Shown in pieces: positions 18,878-29,451 of a stretch of DNA of 64,000 nucleotides; position 1 is the stretch's first letter, and each line of letters begins with the position of its first letter. The notes under the pieces were generated by a model. That model was given only the letters and a program-made list of their open reading frames with translations. It did no database searches and was not told the DNA's origin. This stretch comes from a virus: the IMG/VR virus record IMGVR_UViG_3300026263_000200; one strand, written 5' to 3'. The translations under genes and the position numbers were made by a program.

Positions 18878-19176
18878 TGTATCAACCATTACCAGACGAA
18901 TTATATATTAGAAGAAGTGCCATTGAAGGTATGGGTTTATTTGCTAAAGAAGATATTGATGGTAATGTTAATTTAGGTTTAAGCCATATAGTTGTTGATG
19001 GTGAGCTTATAAGAACACCATTAGGAGGTTTTGTTAATCATAGTGATGAACCTAATTGTATAAAAATTAAAGAAGGTGATAGGTATAGTTTATTTACCTT
19101 GCGTGATATAAAAGCGGAAGAAGAAATAACATTGGAATATACTTTTTATAATGTAAATGAACTTGGAACAAAGTAA
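18877..19176 (+). CDS. minimal SET-domain methyltransferase
   Basis: SAIEGMGLFAKEDI, FVNHSDEPNC, RDIKAEEEITLEY. Confidence 0.9.
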   Translation: MYQPLPDELYIRRSAIEGMGLFAKEDIDGNVNLGLSHIVVDGELIRTPLGGFVNHSDEPNCIKIKEGDRYSLFTLRDIKAEEEITLEYTFYNVNELGTK

Positions 19177-20035
19177 AGAACTATTTAAAAAAAATATATA
19201 TTCAGTAGAGATAGGTATTCATAACTATTGTAATAGAACTTGTACATTTTGTCCTTTATCAAGAAAAGATGTAAATAGAAGAGTGAAAAGAAATATGACC
19301 TTTATGACGGATGCAATGTATTTAAGTATATTAAATCAATTAGCAGAAATAGATTTTAATGGTCGTATAGATTTTACAAGATATCACGAACCACTTTCAG
19401 ATAAAGAAGCAATATTAGAAGCAGTAAGAGCAGCTAAAAGAATTATACCTAAAGCAAAGATTAATATTAATACCAATTCAGATTATCTTAATAAAGAGTA
19501 CATACAAGAGTTGATAGAAGCAGGCGTAGATAATATAGCAATGCAAGCGTATTTAAAAAATGGTGCAACTGTTTATAATGAAAACGAAGTATTTGAACGT
19601 ATTAACCATATATGTGATAGAATAGGTGTAGAAAGAATTAATCCAGATGAACATAAAAATAAAGATTGGATTATATACAGACTGCCACAATTTAAAGGTT
19701 CTATTCACGCAAGAAATTATTGGAAGAATGGAACTAATAGAGCAGGTAGTGTGCCAATAGATTTAGGTTATACACGAACACAACCTTGTACTAGTATGAA
19801 TAAAGGAATTTTTATAGAGTTTGATGGTTCAATGACTATCTGTTGTGATATGTTGACACCAGAAGTCCATAGTAAATGGGCAGTAGGTAATTTAAAAAAA
19901 GAACCTAGTTTGTTTTTAAACTATACTAGTGATTACTATACAGAATGGAGAGAAAGAATTAATAGAGCAGATTGGTTTAAAGGTTCTCCTTGTATAGTTT
20001 GTAAAAGGGATGTAAGAGGTAAAGAGGCAAGATAA
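19157..20035 (+). CDS. radical SAM protein with a SPASM/twitch-like C-terminus
   Basis: CNRTCTFC; C-terminal PC...DGSMTICC...GNL...CIVC. Confidence 0.88.
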   Translation: MNLEQSKELFKKNIYSVEIGIHNYCNRTCTFCPLSRKDVNRRVKRNMTFMTDAMYLSILNQLAEIDFNGRIDFTRYHEPLSDKEAILEAVRAAKRIIPKAKININTNSDYLNKEYIQELIEAGVDNIAMQAYLKNGATVYNENEVFERINHICDRIGVERINPDEHKNKDWIIYRLPQFKGSIHARNYWKNGTNRAGSVPIDLGYTRTQPCTSMNKGIFIEFDGSMTICCDMLTPEVHSKWAVGNLKKEPSLFLNYTSDYYTEWRERINRADWFKGSPCIVCKRDVRGKEAR

Positions 20036-21849
20036 TGTGTGCGATACACGGAATATTATATAGGTCTAAAGAGTTAATGGATGAAATGTTGTGCCAAGCA
20101 CATCATAGAGGACCTGATGGTAATGGTCAATGGAGTGATGAAGATATTACTTTAGGTCATAATCTATTATCAATTATAGACACTACAGAAAATTCAAAAC
20201 AACCTTGGTTTCATAATGATTGGGTATTAGTTTATAATGGAGAGATATATAATTATAAAGAATTAGGTTTTAAAACTAAAACTAATACAGATACAGAAGT
20301 TTTAATTAGAGGTTTGGAAAAAGAAGGTTCATCATTTATTAAAAAATTAGATGGTATGTTTGCCTTTGCCGCTTATAATAAAAAGAAAAAAGAATTAATA
20401 CTTGCTAGAGATAGTAATGGTGCAAAACCTTTATATTATGGTTATATAAATGATAAGTTAGCATTTTCTTCTGAAATTAAAAGTTTATTAGCAATAGGAT
20501 TTGAAAGAAAAGTAGATAAAGAAGCATTTAAACATTATTATAAACAAGGATATAATTCTGGTTATTTAACTTTATTCAAAGGTATAAAGAAATTAGTACC
20601 AGGTGAGTATGTTAAAATTAATATTAGAACAAAACGAAGAACATCATCCAATCTTAATAATATACCTGTAAAACAAATACCAGTTAAAAATGTAGGTAAG
20701 ATTTCAGAAGAAGTTAGAAATAGATTATATCAGGCGACTAAACAGACTTTAATGGGACGTAGAGAGATTGGTTTATTTTTAAGTGGTGGTATTGATAGTA
20801 CATCTATATTATATGAAATGACACAATCATTAGATACAAAACCAAATACATTTAGCTCCAGATTTATATTAAAAGATAGAAAAAGTAGACTTAATCAAGA
20901 CCCCGATTTGGCAAAATCAACATCAGCATTATATGGTGGTATACATAAAGAGCTACTTATAGATGAGAAAAATTATGTAGATACTATGAGAGATACAATA
21001 TTAGCTTTAGAAGAACCTAGACAAAGTAAAAGTCTACCTGTGTATTATAATGTAAATAAATTTATAAAACAAAATGGTATAACAGTAACTTTAAGTGGTG
21101 ATGGAGGAGATGAATTATTATGTGGTTATAAACATCATAGAAAACCAGAATGGAGAACTAAATTAAAAGCATTATCTTCTGAACATAAAGAATTACAAAA
21201 TAAAGAGTTATGGGCAAGTCTTGATGAACAAATGACATATTTTGATAGTTGGTTTCCTACAGGTGGATTACAAGGTGATAAGATAAATGATTTTATGTTC
21301 ATAGAATGCTTGAATACATTATCAGAAGATTTTTTAATTAGAAATGATAAGTTAGGTATGAGATTTAGTTTAGAAGGAAGATTTCCTATGTTGAATAAAA
21401 CATTTAGAGATTATATAAGAAGTGTACCTAGTGAGTTTAAAGTTAATAAGGAATATATGACAGGTGATTGGTCTAGGCACAATAAACCATTATTAAAAAC
21501 TGCTTACTTTAGTAGATTGCCACACTATATATTAAAAAGAGCAAAGACAGGTTGGAGATTTCCTACAGACGAAGGTATAATAGGAAGATTTTCTAATCCA
21601 GCTCCAAATAATAGTACATTGAAAGATTATATTAGACATTTATTAATGAATAAGGAAATGCAAGAAATTTTTGAATATACCCCTGCTGATATAGATAATA
21701 AATATATGAGTACGAAAGGATGGGAAAAAGGTTTTAATAAAAGTGGTAAAGAAACTATATTGGCAAATATAGGACAAAAATCACAAAAACAATTATTTAC
21801 TATACTATCCTTTGCCGTGTGGTATGATGTATTTAAAATGAGTATATAG
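20035..21849 (+). CDS. asnB: asparagine synthase (glutamine-hydrolysing)-like amidotransferase
   Basis: N-terminal MC; HRGPD; NGEIYN; LSGGIDS; SGDGGDE. Confidence 0.92.
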   Translation: MCAIHGILYRSKELMDEMLCQAHHRGPDGNGQWSDEDITLGHNLLSIIDTTENSKQPWFHNDWVLVYNGEIYNYKELGFKTKTNTDTEVLIRGLEKEGSSFIKKLDGMFAFAAYNKKKKELILARDSNGAKPLYYGYINDKLAFSSEIKSLLAIGFERKVDKEAFKHYYKQGYNSGYLTLFKGIKKLVPGEYVKINIRTKRRTSSNLNNIPVKQIPVKNVGKISEEVRNRLYQATKQTLMGRREIGLFLSGGIDSTSILYEMTQSLDTKPNTFSSRFILKDRKSRLNQDPDLAKSTSALYGGIHKELLIDEKNYVDTMRDTILALEEPRQSKSLPVYYNVNKFIKQNGITVTLSGDGGDELLCGYKHHRKPEWRTKLKALSSEHKELQNKELWASLDEQMTYFDSWFPTGGLQGDKINDFMFIECLNTLSEDFLIRNDKLGMRFSLEGRFPMLNKTFRDYIRSVPSEFKVNKEYMTGDWSRHNKPLLKTAYFSRLPHYILKRAKTGWRFPTDEGIIGRFSNPAPNNSTLKDYIRHLLMNKEMQEIFEYTPADIDNKYMSTKGWEKGFNKSGKETILANIGQKSQKQLFTILSFAVWYDVFKMSI

Positions 21850-21857
21850 GAGAAATT

Positions 21858-23060
21858 ATGAAATATCCATTAGCTAGTGATACTTGGGATCATAAAGAGT
21901 TACACGCAATACAAGAAGTCATAAAAGGTGGACGATATACAATGGGTCCTTACGTCAAGAAGTTTGAGCAAGAGTTTGCCAAATATTTTAGATGTAATGA
22001 GGCAGTTATGGTTAATAGTGGGTCAACTGCTAATCTATTAATGATAGCACTATTGAAATTAAAATATAAAAGAGGTGGTAATATAATTGTGCCTGCTGTA
22101 TCTTGGTCAACAACATATTTTCCATTACAACAATACGGTTTCAAATTAAATTTTGTAGATGTAGATAGAGAAACTTTAAATATAGACCCTAATAAAGTTA
22201 GAGAAGCAATTAATGATGATACTTGCGCTATATTTGCAGTTAATCTTTTAGGTAACTCCTGTGACCATTATTCATTAATGCATATTGCTAGAGATAATGG
22301 ACTTATGTTAATAGAGGACAATTGTGAGAGTTTAGGTGCTCAGACATATAACTTTGAATATTGTGGAACGTTTGCTGATTTAGGTAGTTTTTCTTTCTTC
22401 TTTTCACATCACTTACAAACAATGGAAGGTGGTATGATTGCTTGTAGAAATAAAGATGACGCTGATTATTTAAGGTCATTAAGAGCACACGGTTGGTGCC
22501 GAGATTTACCAGACGACAATAAGATTTATAAGAAGACTGGAGATAAATTTAAAGATAGTTTTACGTTTGTAACTCCAGGTTATAGTGTAAGACCATTAGA
22601 AATGAGTGGTGCAATAGGTAGTGTGCAACTTAAAAAAGAAATGGAAATGAGAACTCAAAGAATTCGTAATGCAAAATATTTTCAACATAAATTTAAAGAT
22701 AATAAAGATATTTTATTACAGAAAGAAATAGGAACGTCTAGTTGGTTTGGATTCTCATTAGTATTACAAAATGATTTATATGGTTGGCGTGATGTAATTG
22801 TTAATAGACTTACTAAAGCAGGAGTAGAGTGTAGACCTATTGTTGCAGGTAATTTTATGAACAATCCTGTAATAGATTATCTTGATTATTATAATAATAG
22901 TTGTCCAAATGCAGATTACATACACGAAAATGGTTTGTTTATAGGAAACGATATAAGAGATTTAAAAGAAAATATTGATATGGTTTATGATTTGATTAAT
23001 AAACCAGTAACTAGATTAGAACAAATGGAAACATTAACACACGATCCTATTGTGGATTAA
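21858..23060 (+). CDS. DegT/DnrJ-family PLP enzyme, ColD-like GDP-4-keto-6-deoxymannose 3-dehydratase
   Basis: VNSGSTANL; EDNCES; SFFFSHHLQTMEGG with His at the usual PLP-Lys position; next to gmd. Confidence 0.8.
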   Translation: MKYPLASDTWDHKELHAIQEVIKGGRYTMGPYVKKFEQEFAKYFRCNEAVMVNSGSTANLLMIALLKLKYKRGGNIIVPAVSWSTTYFPLQQYGFKLNFVDVDRETLNIDPNKVREAINDDTCAIFAVNLLGNSCDHYSLMHIARDNGLMLIEDNCESLGAQTYNFEYCGTFADLGSFSFFFSHHLQTMEGGMIACRNKDDADYLRSLRAHGWCRDLPDDNKIYKKTGDKFKDSFTFVTPGYSVRPLEMSGAIGSVQLKKEMEMRTQRIRNAKYFQHKFKDNKDILLQKEIGTSSWFGFSLVLQNDLYGWRDVIVNRLTKAGVECRPIVAGNFMNNPVIDYLDYYNNSCPNADYIHENGLFIGNDIRDLKENIDMVYDLINKPVTRLEQMETLTHDPIVD

Positions 23061-23072
23061 TTAAGGAGAAAA

Positions 23073-24122
23073 ATGAAAAGAGCATTAATAACAGGTATAA
23101 CTGGACAAGACGGCGCTTATCTTGCTAAATTGTTATTAGAAAAAGGTTATAAAGTATTTGGTGGACAAAGACGAAGTACATCACCAAAACATTGGCGATT
23201 AGATGAAATGGGTATTACAGACCAAATAGAGTTTGTTGAACTTGATGTAATAGACCAGGCAAATATAAGAAGAGCTATAGAAGAAACTCAACCAGATGAA
23301 GTGTATAATTTAGCTGCTCAATCTTTTGTATGGTTATCATTTAAACAACCAGAACTTGCTACTTTAATAGACGCAATGGGTCCTTTGAGAATACTAGAAA
23401 GTATAAGACAAGTAAATCCTAAAATAAAATTTTATCAAGCAAGTACAAGTGAAATGTATGGAAAAGTATTTGAAACACCACAAAAAGAAACAACGAAGTT
23501 TTGGCCGAGGTCACCATATGGTGTTGCAAAACTATATGCTCATCACATAACAGTAAATTATAGAGAGGCATATGATATGTTTGCTTGTTGTGGTTTATTA
23601 TTTAATCACGAAAGTCCACATAGAGGTGAGGACTTTGTAACTAGAAAGATATCAAAAGGTTTAGCACATTGGTTGCAAGAAGGAAGACCAATTGTTTTAG
23701 GAAATTTAAATGCAAAAAGAGATTGGGGACACGCTGAGGATTTTGTTAGAGGTATGTGGCAAATGCTACAACACGATAAACCAGATGATTATGTATTAGC
23801 AACTGGTGAAATTCATACAGTAAAAGAATTTGCAGATATGGCATTAGATTATAAAGATATAAAACATTATTGGAAAGATGGTCAATGTTTTACAGACGGC
23901 AATCAGTTAATTATTACTACTGATAAGAAACATTTAAGACCTGCTGAGGTAGATGTATTACAAGGGGATGCTAGTAAGGCAAGAGAAGTATTAGGTTGGG
24001 AACATAAACATAATGTAGAGAGTTTAATGAAACAAATGGTTGACGCAGATGTTGGTAGATTTTGTAGTGACCATCAATCAGGAGTACCAAGACTTTGGGA
24101 TGCTCCAGAGAATTGTATATAA
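23073..24122 (+). CDS. gmd: GDP-mannose 4,6-dehydratase
   Basis: ITGITGQDG, YQASTSE, SPYGVAK, FNHESP, FVTRKI, RDWG. Confidence 0.96.
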   Translation: MKRALITGITGQDGAYLAKLLLEKGYKVFGGQRRSTSPKHWRLDEMGITDQIEFVELDVIDQANIRRAIEETQPDEVYNLAAQSFVWLSFKQPELATLIDAMGPLRILESIRQVNPKIKFYQASTSEMYGKVFETPQKETTKFWPRSPYGVAKLYAHHITVNYREAYDMFACCGLLFNHESPHRGEDFVTRKISKGLAHWLQEGRPIVLGNLNAKRDWGHAEDFVRGMWQMLQHDKPDDYVLATGEIHTVKEFADMALDYKDIKHYWKDGQCFTDGNQLIITTDKKHLRPAEVDVLQGDASKAREVLGWEHKHNVESLMKQMVDADVGRFCSDHQSGVPRLWDAPENCI

Positions 24123-24877
24123 TGGCTGATTACGTATTTTGTACAACATTTAATAAAAAACTTTATGATGACTATGCTCATCAATTAATTGACACGTTTA
24201 TAGCAACAAAACAAATACCAATGATGTATGTTTATGTGGAAGATAATCCAGACTGGTATCCTAAAATACCTAGAGTACATTATTATAATATATTTGATTA
24301 TGAACCAGCTTTAAAAGATTTTATTGAAAGAAATAAACATAGAAAAGCAAATACTTTCTATGAAGAAGCGATAAGATTTAGTTATAAAGTATTTGCTCAA
24401 TCAGCGGCAAGAAATAGGGGAGAAAAAATATTTTATGTAGATAGTGATTGTAAGTTTATGGGCACAATACCTGAAGAGTGGTACAACCAATGTTTACCAG
24501 ATGATACGTTAATATCGTTTTATGATAGACCATCACAATATACAGAAACAGGTTTTGTTGCATTTAATAATACACCAAACAATAATCATAGCATATGCAA
24601 CCAGTTTTTTAATGCATATAGAGATTGGTATGTAACAGATAAAGTATATACAATAAACAAATTAGAAAAGAATTTTTGGACAGATTGCCACACATTGGAC
24701 GGTACTAGGCAAATGTTTAAGGACAATCCAGCTTATATTGAAAAAATACTAGGGGATGGTAAAAATGGACATATAATGGCAAGAGATAAGTTTATTAATC
24801 CTTATATAGACCATAGAAAAGGACCAAGAAAAAAACAATCAAATAGTCCAGAATGGAGAAAAAATAATGACAGATAA
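24095..24877 (+). CDS. putative glycosyltransferase (GT-A, DxD)
   Basis: RFSYKVFA, YVDSD, YTETGF, DHRKGPRK; real start probably near 24122. Confidence 0.6.
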   Translation: MGCSRELYIMADYVFCTTFNKKLYDDYAHQLIDTFIATKQIPMMYVYVEDNPDWYPKIPRVHYYNIFDYEPALKDFIERNKHRKANTFYEEAIRFSYKVFAQSAARNRGEKIFYVDSDCKFMGTIPEEWYNQCLPDDTLISFYDRPSQYTETGFVAFNNTPNNNHSICNQFFNAYRDWYVTDKVYTINKLEKNFWTDCHTLDGTRQMFKDNPAYIEKILGDGKNGHIMARDKFINPYIDHRKGPRKKQSNSPEWRKNNDR

Positions 24878-25124
24878 AGATGAACTAAAAAAAGCTTTAG
24901 ATGGTGAAATGGCTATACCAACAGAAACATCTAACGAAAATGATAAAACTTATGAGAATGAAAGTACAAGAGATTATTCTCCAATGGTACAACTTTCAGT
25001 TAGAGAATATGATAAGTTAAAAGAACAAAGTAAATATATTACAGACCCTACTTTAATTGGTATGATAGATAAGTTAGAGTTTTTTGTAAAAGAGTTGAGA
25101 AAACATATAGTAAGAAAATTATAA
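24867..25124 (+). CDS. hypothetical protein
   Basis: ORF track. Confidence 0.6.
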   Translation: MTDKDELKKALDGEMAIPTETSNENDKTYENESTRDYSPMVQLSVREYDKLKEQSKYITDPTLIGMIDKLEFFVKELRKHIVRKL

Positions 25125-25798
25125 TGATTAACATTTTTATAGGATATGATAGTAAAGAAAAGGTAGCATTTAATGTACTTGCATATAGTATATTAAAAAA
25201 TAGTACAAGACCTGTATCTATTACACCTATTTATTTACCAAATATAAAAGATAACTTTACAAGAGAACGTAGTAATATAGAATCAACTGAATTTAGTTTT
25301 AGTAGATTTATAGTACCTCACCTTATGAACTATAAAGGTTGGGCATTATTTTTAGATTGCGACCAATTAATGACAGGTGATGTTGCTGAATTATGGAGAT
25401 TACGTGATGAGAAGTATGCCGTACAAGTATGTAAGCACGATTACCAACCAATAGAAAGTAAAAAGTTTTTAGGTCAAGTACAAACAAAATATGTTAAGAA
25501 AAATTGGTCAAGTTTTATGTTAATGAATTGTGATAAGTGTACAGCATTAACACCTGATTATGTTAATAGTGCAACAGGATTACAATTACACCAATTCAAA
25601 TGGTTAGAAAATGATGATAAGATTGGTGAACTACCATTAGAGTGGAATTGGTTAGTTGGGGAACCTGGATATAATTATAAACAAGATGTAAAAAATATAC
25701 ATTATACAAAAGGTGGACCTTGGTTTAATGAATATAGAGATTGTGATTATTCAAAAGAGTGGTTGAAATTATATGATGAGTGTTGTGATATAGAGTAA
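25124..25798 (+). CDS. glycosyltransferase (GT8-like)
   Basis: IFIGYD, STEFSFSRF, FLDCD, KNWSS, HYTKGGPWF. Confidence 0.85.
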   Translation: MINIFIGYDSKEKVAFNVLAYSILKNSTRPVSITPIYLPNIKDNFTRERSNIESTEFSFSRFIVPHLMNYKGWALFLDCDQLMTGDVAELWRLRDEKYAVQVCKHDYQPIESKKFLGQVQTKYVKKNWSSFMLMNCDKCTALTPDYVNSATGLQLHQFKWLENDDKIGELPLEWNWLVGEPGYNYKQDVKNIHYTKGGPWFNEYRDCDYSKEWLKLYDECCDIE

Positions 25799-26556
25799 TG
25801 GTACAAGGATTATTAACTAGACCAGCGACAGATGAAGTTGTAAAACCTTTTGTTGAAAGTGCAAAGGGAACATTACATACGGTTGACAATGTTGATATTA
25901 ATAAACCCATTGCTTGTTTTGGAATATTAAGAGGCACAGGCGAACTTCTGAAACAAAGTAAAGAGTTTTATTATTTTGACCACGCTTACTTATATGGTAA
26001 TAGACATAAACCATCAAAGGTATCTGGTGAGAGAATATATAGATTAACAAAAAATCATTATCATATACAAACTATACAAGCATTAACAGATGAAGACCAC
26101 GAAAGAATTAAAAAGTATAAACAGTATATAAAATTAAAACCTTGGAAAACTGGTAAAGAAGGTGGTTATATATTAATTATAGCACCTTCTCATTTTCAAA
26201 TAGCATATCATAATATAGGTAGTTGGGTTGATGATACTATAAAGATTTTAAAACAACATACAGATAGACCTATTAAAGTAAGAGATAAAAAAAGTATGAA
26301 ACCATTAAGAGAAGAAGTAGAAGGTGCATATGCTGTAGTATCTCATAATTCAGCAGTTGTAGTTGACGCTATTATAAATGGAGTACCTATATTTTGTGAT
26401 AAAATGAATATGGGTGTACCAATGGGGTTAACAGATTTTAGTAAAATAGAACAACCTATAAAACCTGGTAGATTGAACTGGATATATAGTTTACTAGCAA
26501 ACCAATTTACTATGACAGAAATAAAAGATGGAACAGCGTGGAGAAAAGTACAATGA
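25798..26556 (+). CDS. putative glycan-modifying protein, paralog of 28055..28876
   Basis: YFDHAY, VSHNSAVVVDAIINGVPIF, LANQFTMTEIKDGTAW. Confidence 0.55.
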   Translation: MVQGLLTRPATDEVVKPFVESAKGTLHTVDNVDINKPIACFGILRGTGELLKQSKEFYYFDHAYLYGNRHKPSKVSGERIYRLTKNHYHIQTIQALTDEDHERIKKYKQYIKLKPWKTGKEGGYILIIAPSHFQIAYHNIGSWVDDTIKILKQHTDRPIKVRDKKSMKPLREEVEGAYAVVSHNSAVVVDAIINGVPIFCDKMNMGVPMGLTDFSKIEQPIKPGRLNWIYSLLANQFTMTEIKDGTAWRKVQ

Positions 26557-27038
26557 AAGTATTAAAAAGTAAATTATCAGATTTTTTTAAATGGGTAAAG
26601 GGTACTGAACTTGTTGAGTTAGATAATATAGACGTATCGGAAGATCCAGTTAGACCTGAATTAACTTTAGGTTGGCGAATAACAAATGGTCGTAAGATAT
26701 TTGGTTTAAAATATGATGATGAAATTGAAGGTATTATATGTATAGCATTTACCAATGATGTGCCTTCAAGTATAAAAGAATTAGATATTATGAGTGAGTT
26801 AGCACATATTAAAAACGAAAAGAAAATTGCTATTGCATATACAGTATGGTCAAGAAAAAGAGGTGCAGGTAAAGAGATAGTAAATAAAGTAATAGAATAT
26901 GCTAAAAAGAATAAAATTGAAAGAGTAATAACGTTGTCCCCATTAACACCTATGGCGACACACTTTCATATTAGAAATGGTGCAAAACAAATTAACATAA
27001 ATGAGGTAACCCAAAATTTTGAGTATGCAATTAGATAA
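26538..27038 (+). CDS. GNAT-like hypothetical protein
   Basis: AYTVWSRKRGAGKEI...TLSPLTPMATHFHIRNGA. Confidence 0.55.
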   Translation: MEKSTMKVLKSKLSDFFKWVKGTELVELDNIDVSEDPVRPELTLGWRITNGRKIFGLKYDDEIEGIICIAFTNDVPSSIKELDIMSELAHIKNEKKIAIAYTVWSRKRGAGKEIVNKVIEYAKKNKIERVITLSPLTPMATHFHIRNGAKQININEVTQNFEYAIR

Positions 27039-28080
27039 CGAAATAAAATTAGATTATAAAGACGTATTGTTAAAACCTAAAAGGTCAACATTATCATCAA
27101 GACGTGATGTAGAAATGACACGTAAATTTACATTTAGAAATTCTGGTGAAACATATGAGTGTTGTCCTATAATGGCATCCAATATGGATGGAGTAGGAAC
27201 ATTTAGTATGGCGAAAGTTATACAAGAGTATAAGATGATGACCACTATTACAAAGACAACTACAGTAGACCAATGGAAGACAGCAGTTGGGGAAGGTATT
27301 AAATTAAAGTATCTATCAGTATGTACAGGCACAGGTAAGTTATGGGATAATGACGCTGAAGATTATTCTACAATGCAAAAAGTATTAAAGAACTATCCAG
27401 ATATTAAATTTATTACAATAGATGTAGCAAATGGATATCATACAAATTTTTCAGATTTTGTTGGTGCAGTTAGAGAAGAATATCCAGATAAAACTATTAT
27501 TGCAGGTAATGTAGTAACTGCTGAAATGACAGAAGAATTAATTATACAAGGTGCAGACGTAGTTAAAGTAGGTATTGGACCAGGTAGTGTATGTACAACA
27601 AGAACAATGGCAGGTGTAGGTGTACCTCAATTTAGTGCAGTAATGGAATGTGCTGACGCTGCTAATGGTGTAGGTGGGCATATAGTTGCAGATGGTGGTT
27701 GTAATATGCCAGGAGATATTGCGAAAGCATTTGGTGCTGGTGCTCATTTTGTTATGTTAGGTGGTATGTTAGCAGGACACAACGAAAGTGAAGTACAATC
27801 AAAAGATGGTAAAAGAGAATTTTATGGTATGTCTTCTGATAGAGCAAGAGAAGTACACGGTAAACGAAAAGATGGTTATAGAGGTAATGAAGGAAGAAAA
27901 GTAATATTACCTGATAGAGGACCTGTTAAAGAAACGATAGAAGATTTATTAGGAGGTGTTCGTTCAAGTTGTACATATATTGGTGCAAGAAGATTAAAAG
28001 ATATTCCTAAATGTGCAAGTTTTGTTAGATGTAACCAACCATTAAATACAGTATTTGAATCGTATGATAATAACTCATAA
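27019..28080 (+). CDS. guaC: GMP reductase
   Basis: LDYKDVLLKPKRSTL, IDVANGY, KVGIGPGSVCTTR, ADGGC, FYGMSS. Confidence 0.95.
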   Translation: MSMQLDNEIKLDYKDVLLKPKRSTLSSRRDVEMTRKFTFRNSGETYECCPIMASNMDGVGTFSMAKVIQEYKMMTTITKTTTVDQWKTAVGEGIKLKYLSVCTGTGKLWDNDAEDYSTMQKVLKNYPDIKFITIDVANGYHTNFSDFVGAVREEYPDKTIIAGNVVTAEMTEELIIQGADVVKVGIGPGSVCTTRTMAGVGVPQFSAVMECADAANGVGGHIVADGGCNMPGDIAKAFGAGAHFVMLGGMLAGHNESEVQSKDGKREFYGMSSDRAREVHGKRKDGYRGNEGRKVILPDRGPVKETIEDLLGGVRSSCTYIGARRLKDIPKCASFVRCNQPLNTVFESYDNNS

Positions 28081-28876
28081 TATACCTTGGGATAAATGTT
28101 TAAGTAAGCAGTTGTTTCCTGCTATAGAAAAGGGTTGGACTGATTCAGATAAACCTATACATTTCTTTTGGGGACTTGGAAGTAAAAATATACCAGAGAT
28201 TGCAATGTGCGAAGCACAAGGTGATGAGTGGTGGTATGTAGATGTTGGTTATTTAACACAACAAATTACAAGATATCCAGAACCTATTATACACGATTAC
28301 GATAAGACATATTTTAGAATATGTAAAGGTAATTTACATACGATTAGGTGCAAAGTTGGACCAGGTGCAAGATTACAGAAACTAGAGCATCAAGGGATTG
28401 ATGTACAGTTTAAAGGGTGGAATACTGGAGAAACAACTCATATACTATTAGCACCTTCTTCTCAAACGGTAACCTACCATATTAATGGCATTAGTCAAGA
28501 TGATTGGATTAAACAGGTTACAGAAGAGATTAAACAACATACAGATATACCTATTAAGTTTAGAAACAAACCTAGACCAGGTAATGAGTGGTGGAAAACT
28601 GACATAAAAGATGATTTGAAAAATGCCCATTGTTTGGTAACTAATATGAGTTTAGGTACTGTTGACGCAATATTAAATCAAGTACCTGTTATATGCCATC
28701 AAAGAAACATTGCGTCATTTGTTTCATCAAAAGATATAAAGTATATTAAGAAACCTATGAGACCTGGAAGAAAAACTATAAATGAGTGGTTAAAAATGAT
28801 TGCAGAAAATCAATTTACAATAAAAGAAATTGAAGATGGAACTGCTTATAGAACATTACAGGAACAAAACGTATGA
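28055..28876 (+). CDS. putative glycan-modifying protein, paralog of 25798..26556
   Basis: YVDVGY, VTNMSLGTVDAILNQVPVI, AENQFTIKEIEDGTAY. Confidence 0.55.
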   Translation: MNRMIITHNIPWDKCLSKQLFPAIEKGWTDSDKPIHFFWGLGSKNIPEIAMCEAQGDEWWYVDVGYLTQQITRYPEPIIHDYDKTYFRICKGNLHTIRCKVGPGARLQKLEHQGIDVQFKGWNTGETTHILLAPSSQTVTYHINGISQDDWIKQVTEEIKQHTDIPIKFRNKPRPGNEWWKTDIKDDLKNAHCLVTNMSLGTVDAILNQVPVICHQRNIASFVSSKDIKYIKKPMRPGRKTINEWLKMIAENQFTIKEIEDGTAYRTLQEQNV

Positions 28877-29451
28877 TAATTAAACCATTTGGAGAAGAAG
28901 GCATTTCTATGTTGCAAGGCAATATGATAGACGTTCCTATAACAGATTATATTTGTAATTTGTTAAAAGAAGAAGGTGATGATATTGTTATAAAAGGAGA
29001 TTTTTTAAAAGAGATACAAAATGCAACTATTCAAAATGGAAAATTGAAAAGTGTTCCTCATAATGCAACAGTAGTTGATATTATTAATAAGATACAAAAC
29101 GAATTTTCAAAAAATAGAAAAGTAGTAGAAATATGGGCAGTTATAATGAGAGAAGGAGATTTCCATATGCTACATAACCATTCAAGTGGTATTCCTTCAG
29201 AACATTTAGATTACTTAATTGCTAATGATAAACCTGGTAGAGAAGCACCAGTAATATCTGGAGCTCTTTATCTAAAAGTGCCTGAAATGAAACCACCACA
29301 AGGTAATGTAAATTTTGTATCAAATGGTGAAGTGTTTAGTTGGACTCCAAAAGATGGAGATTACTTTGTTTGGCCGAGTCATTTAGTACACGGAGTTTAT
29401 CCTTTTAAAGGGTCAGGAAGTAGGATAATGATTTCTTGGAATAGTATATGA
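28873..29451 (+). CDS. putative 2OG-Fe(II) oxygenase
   Basis: HNH, SGALYL, WPSHLVHGV, RIMISWN. Confidence 0.75.
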   Translation: MIIKPFGEEGISMLQGNMIDVPITDYICNLLKEEGDDIVIKGDFLKEIQNATIQNGKLKSVPHNATVVDIINKIQNEFSKNRKVVEIWAVIMREGDFHMLHNHSSGIPSEHLDYLIANDKPGREAPVISGALYLKVPEMKPPQGNVNFVSNGEVFSWTPKDGDYFVWPSHLVHGVYPFKGSGSRIMISWNSI

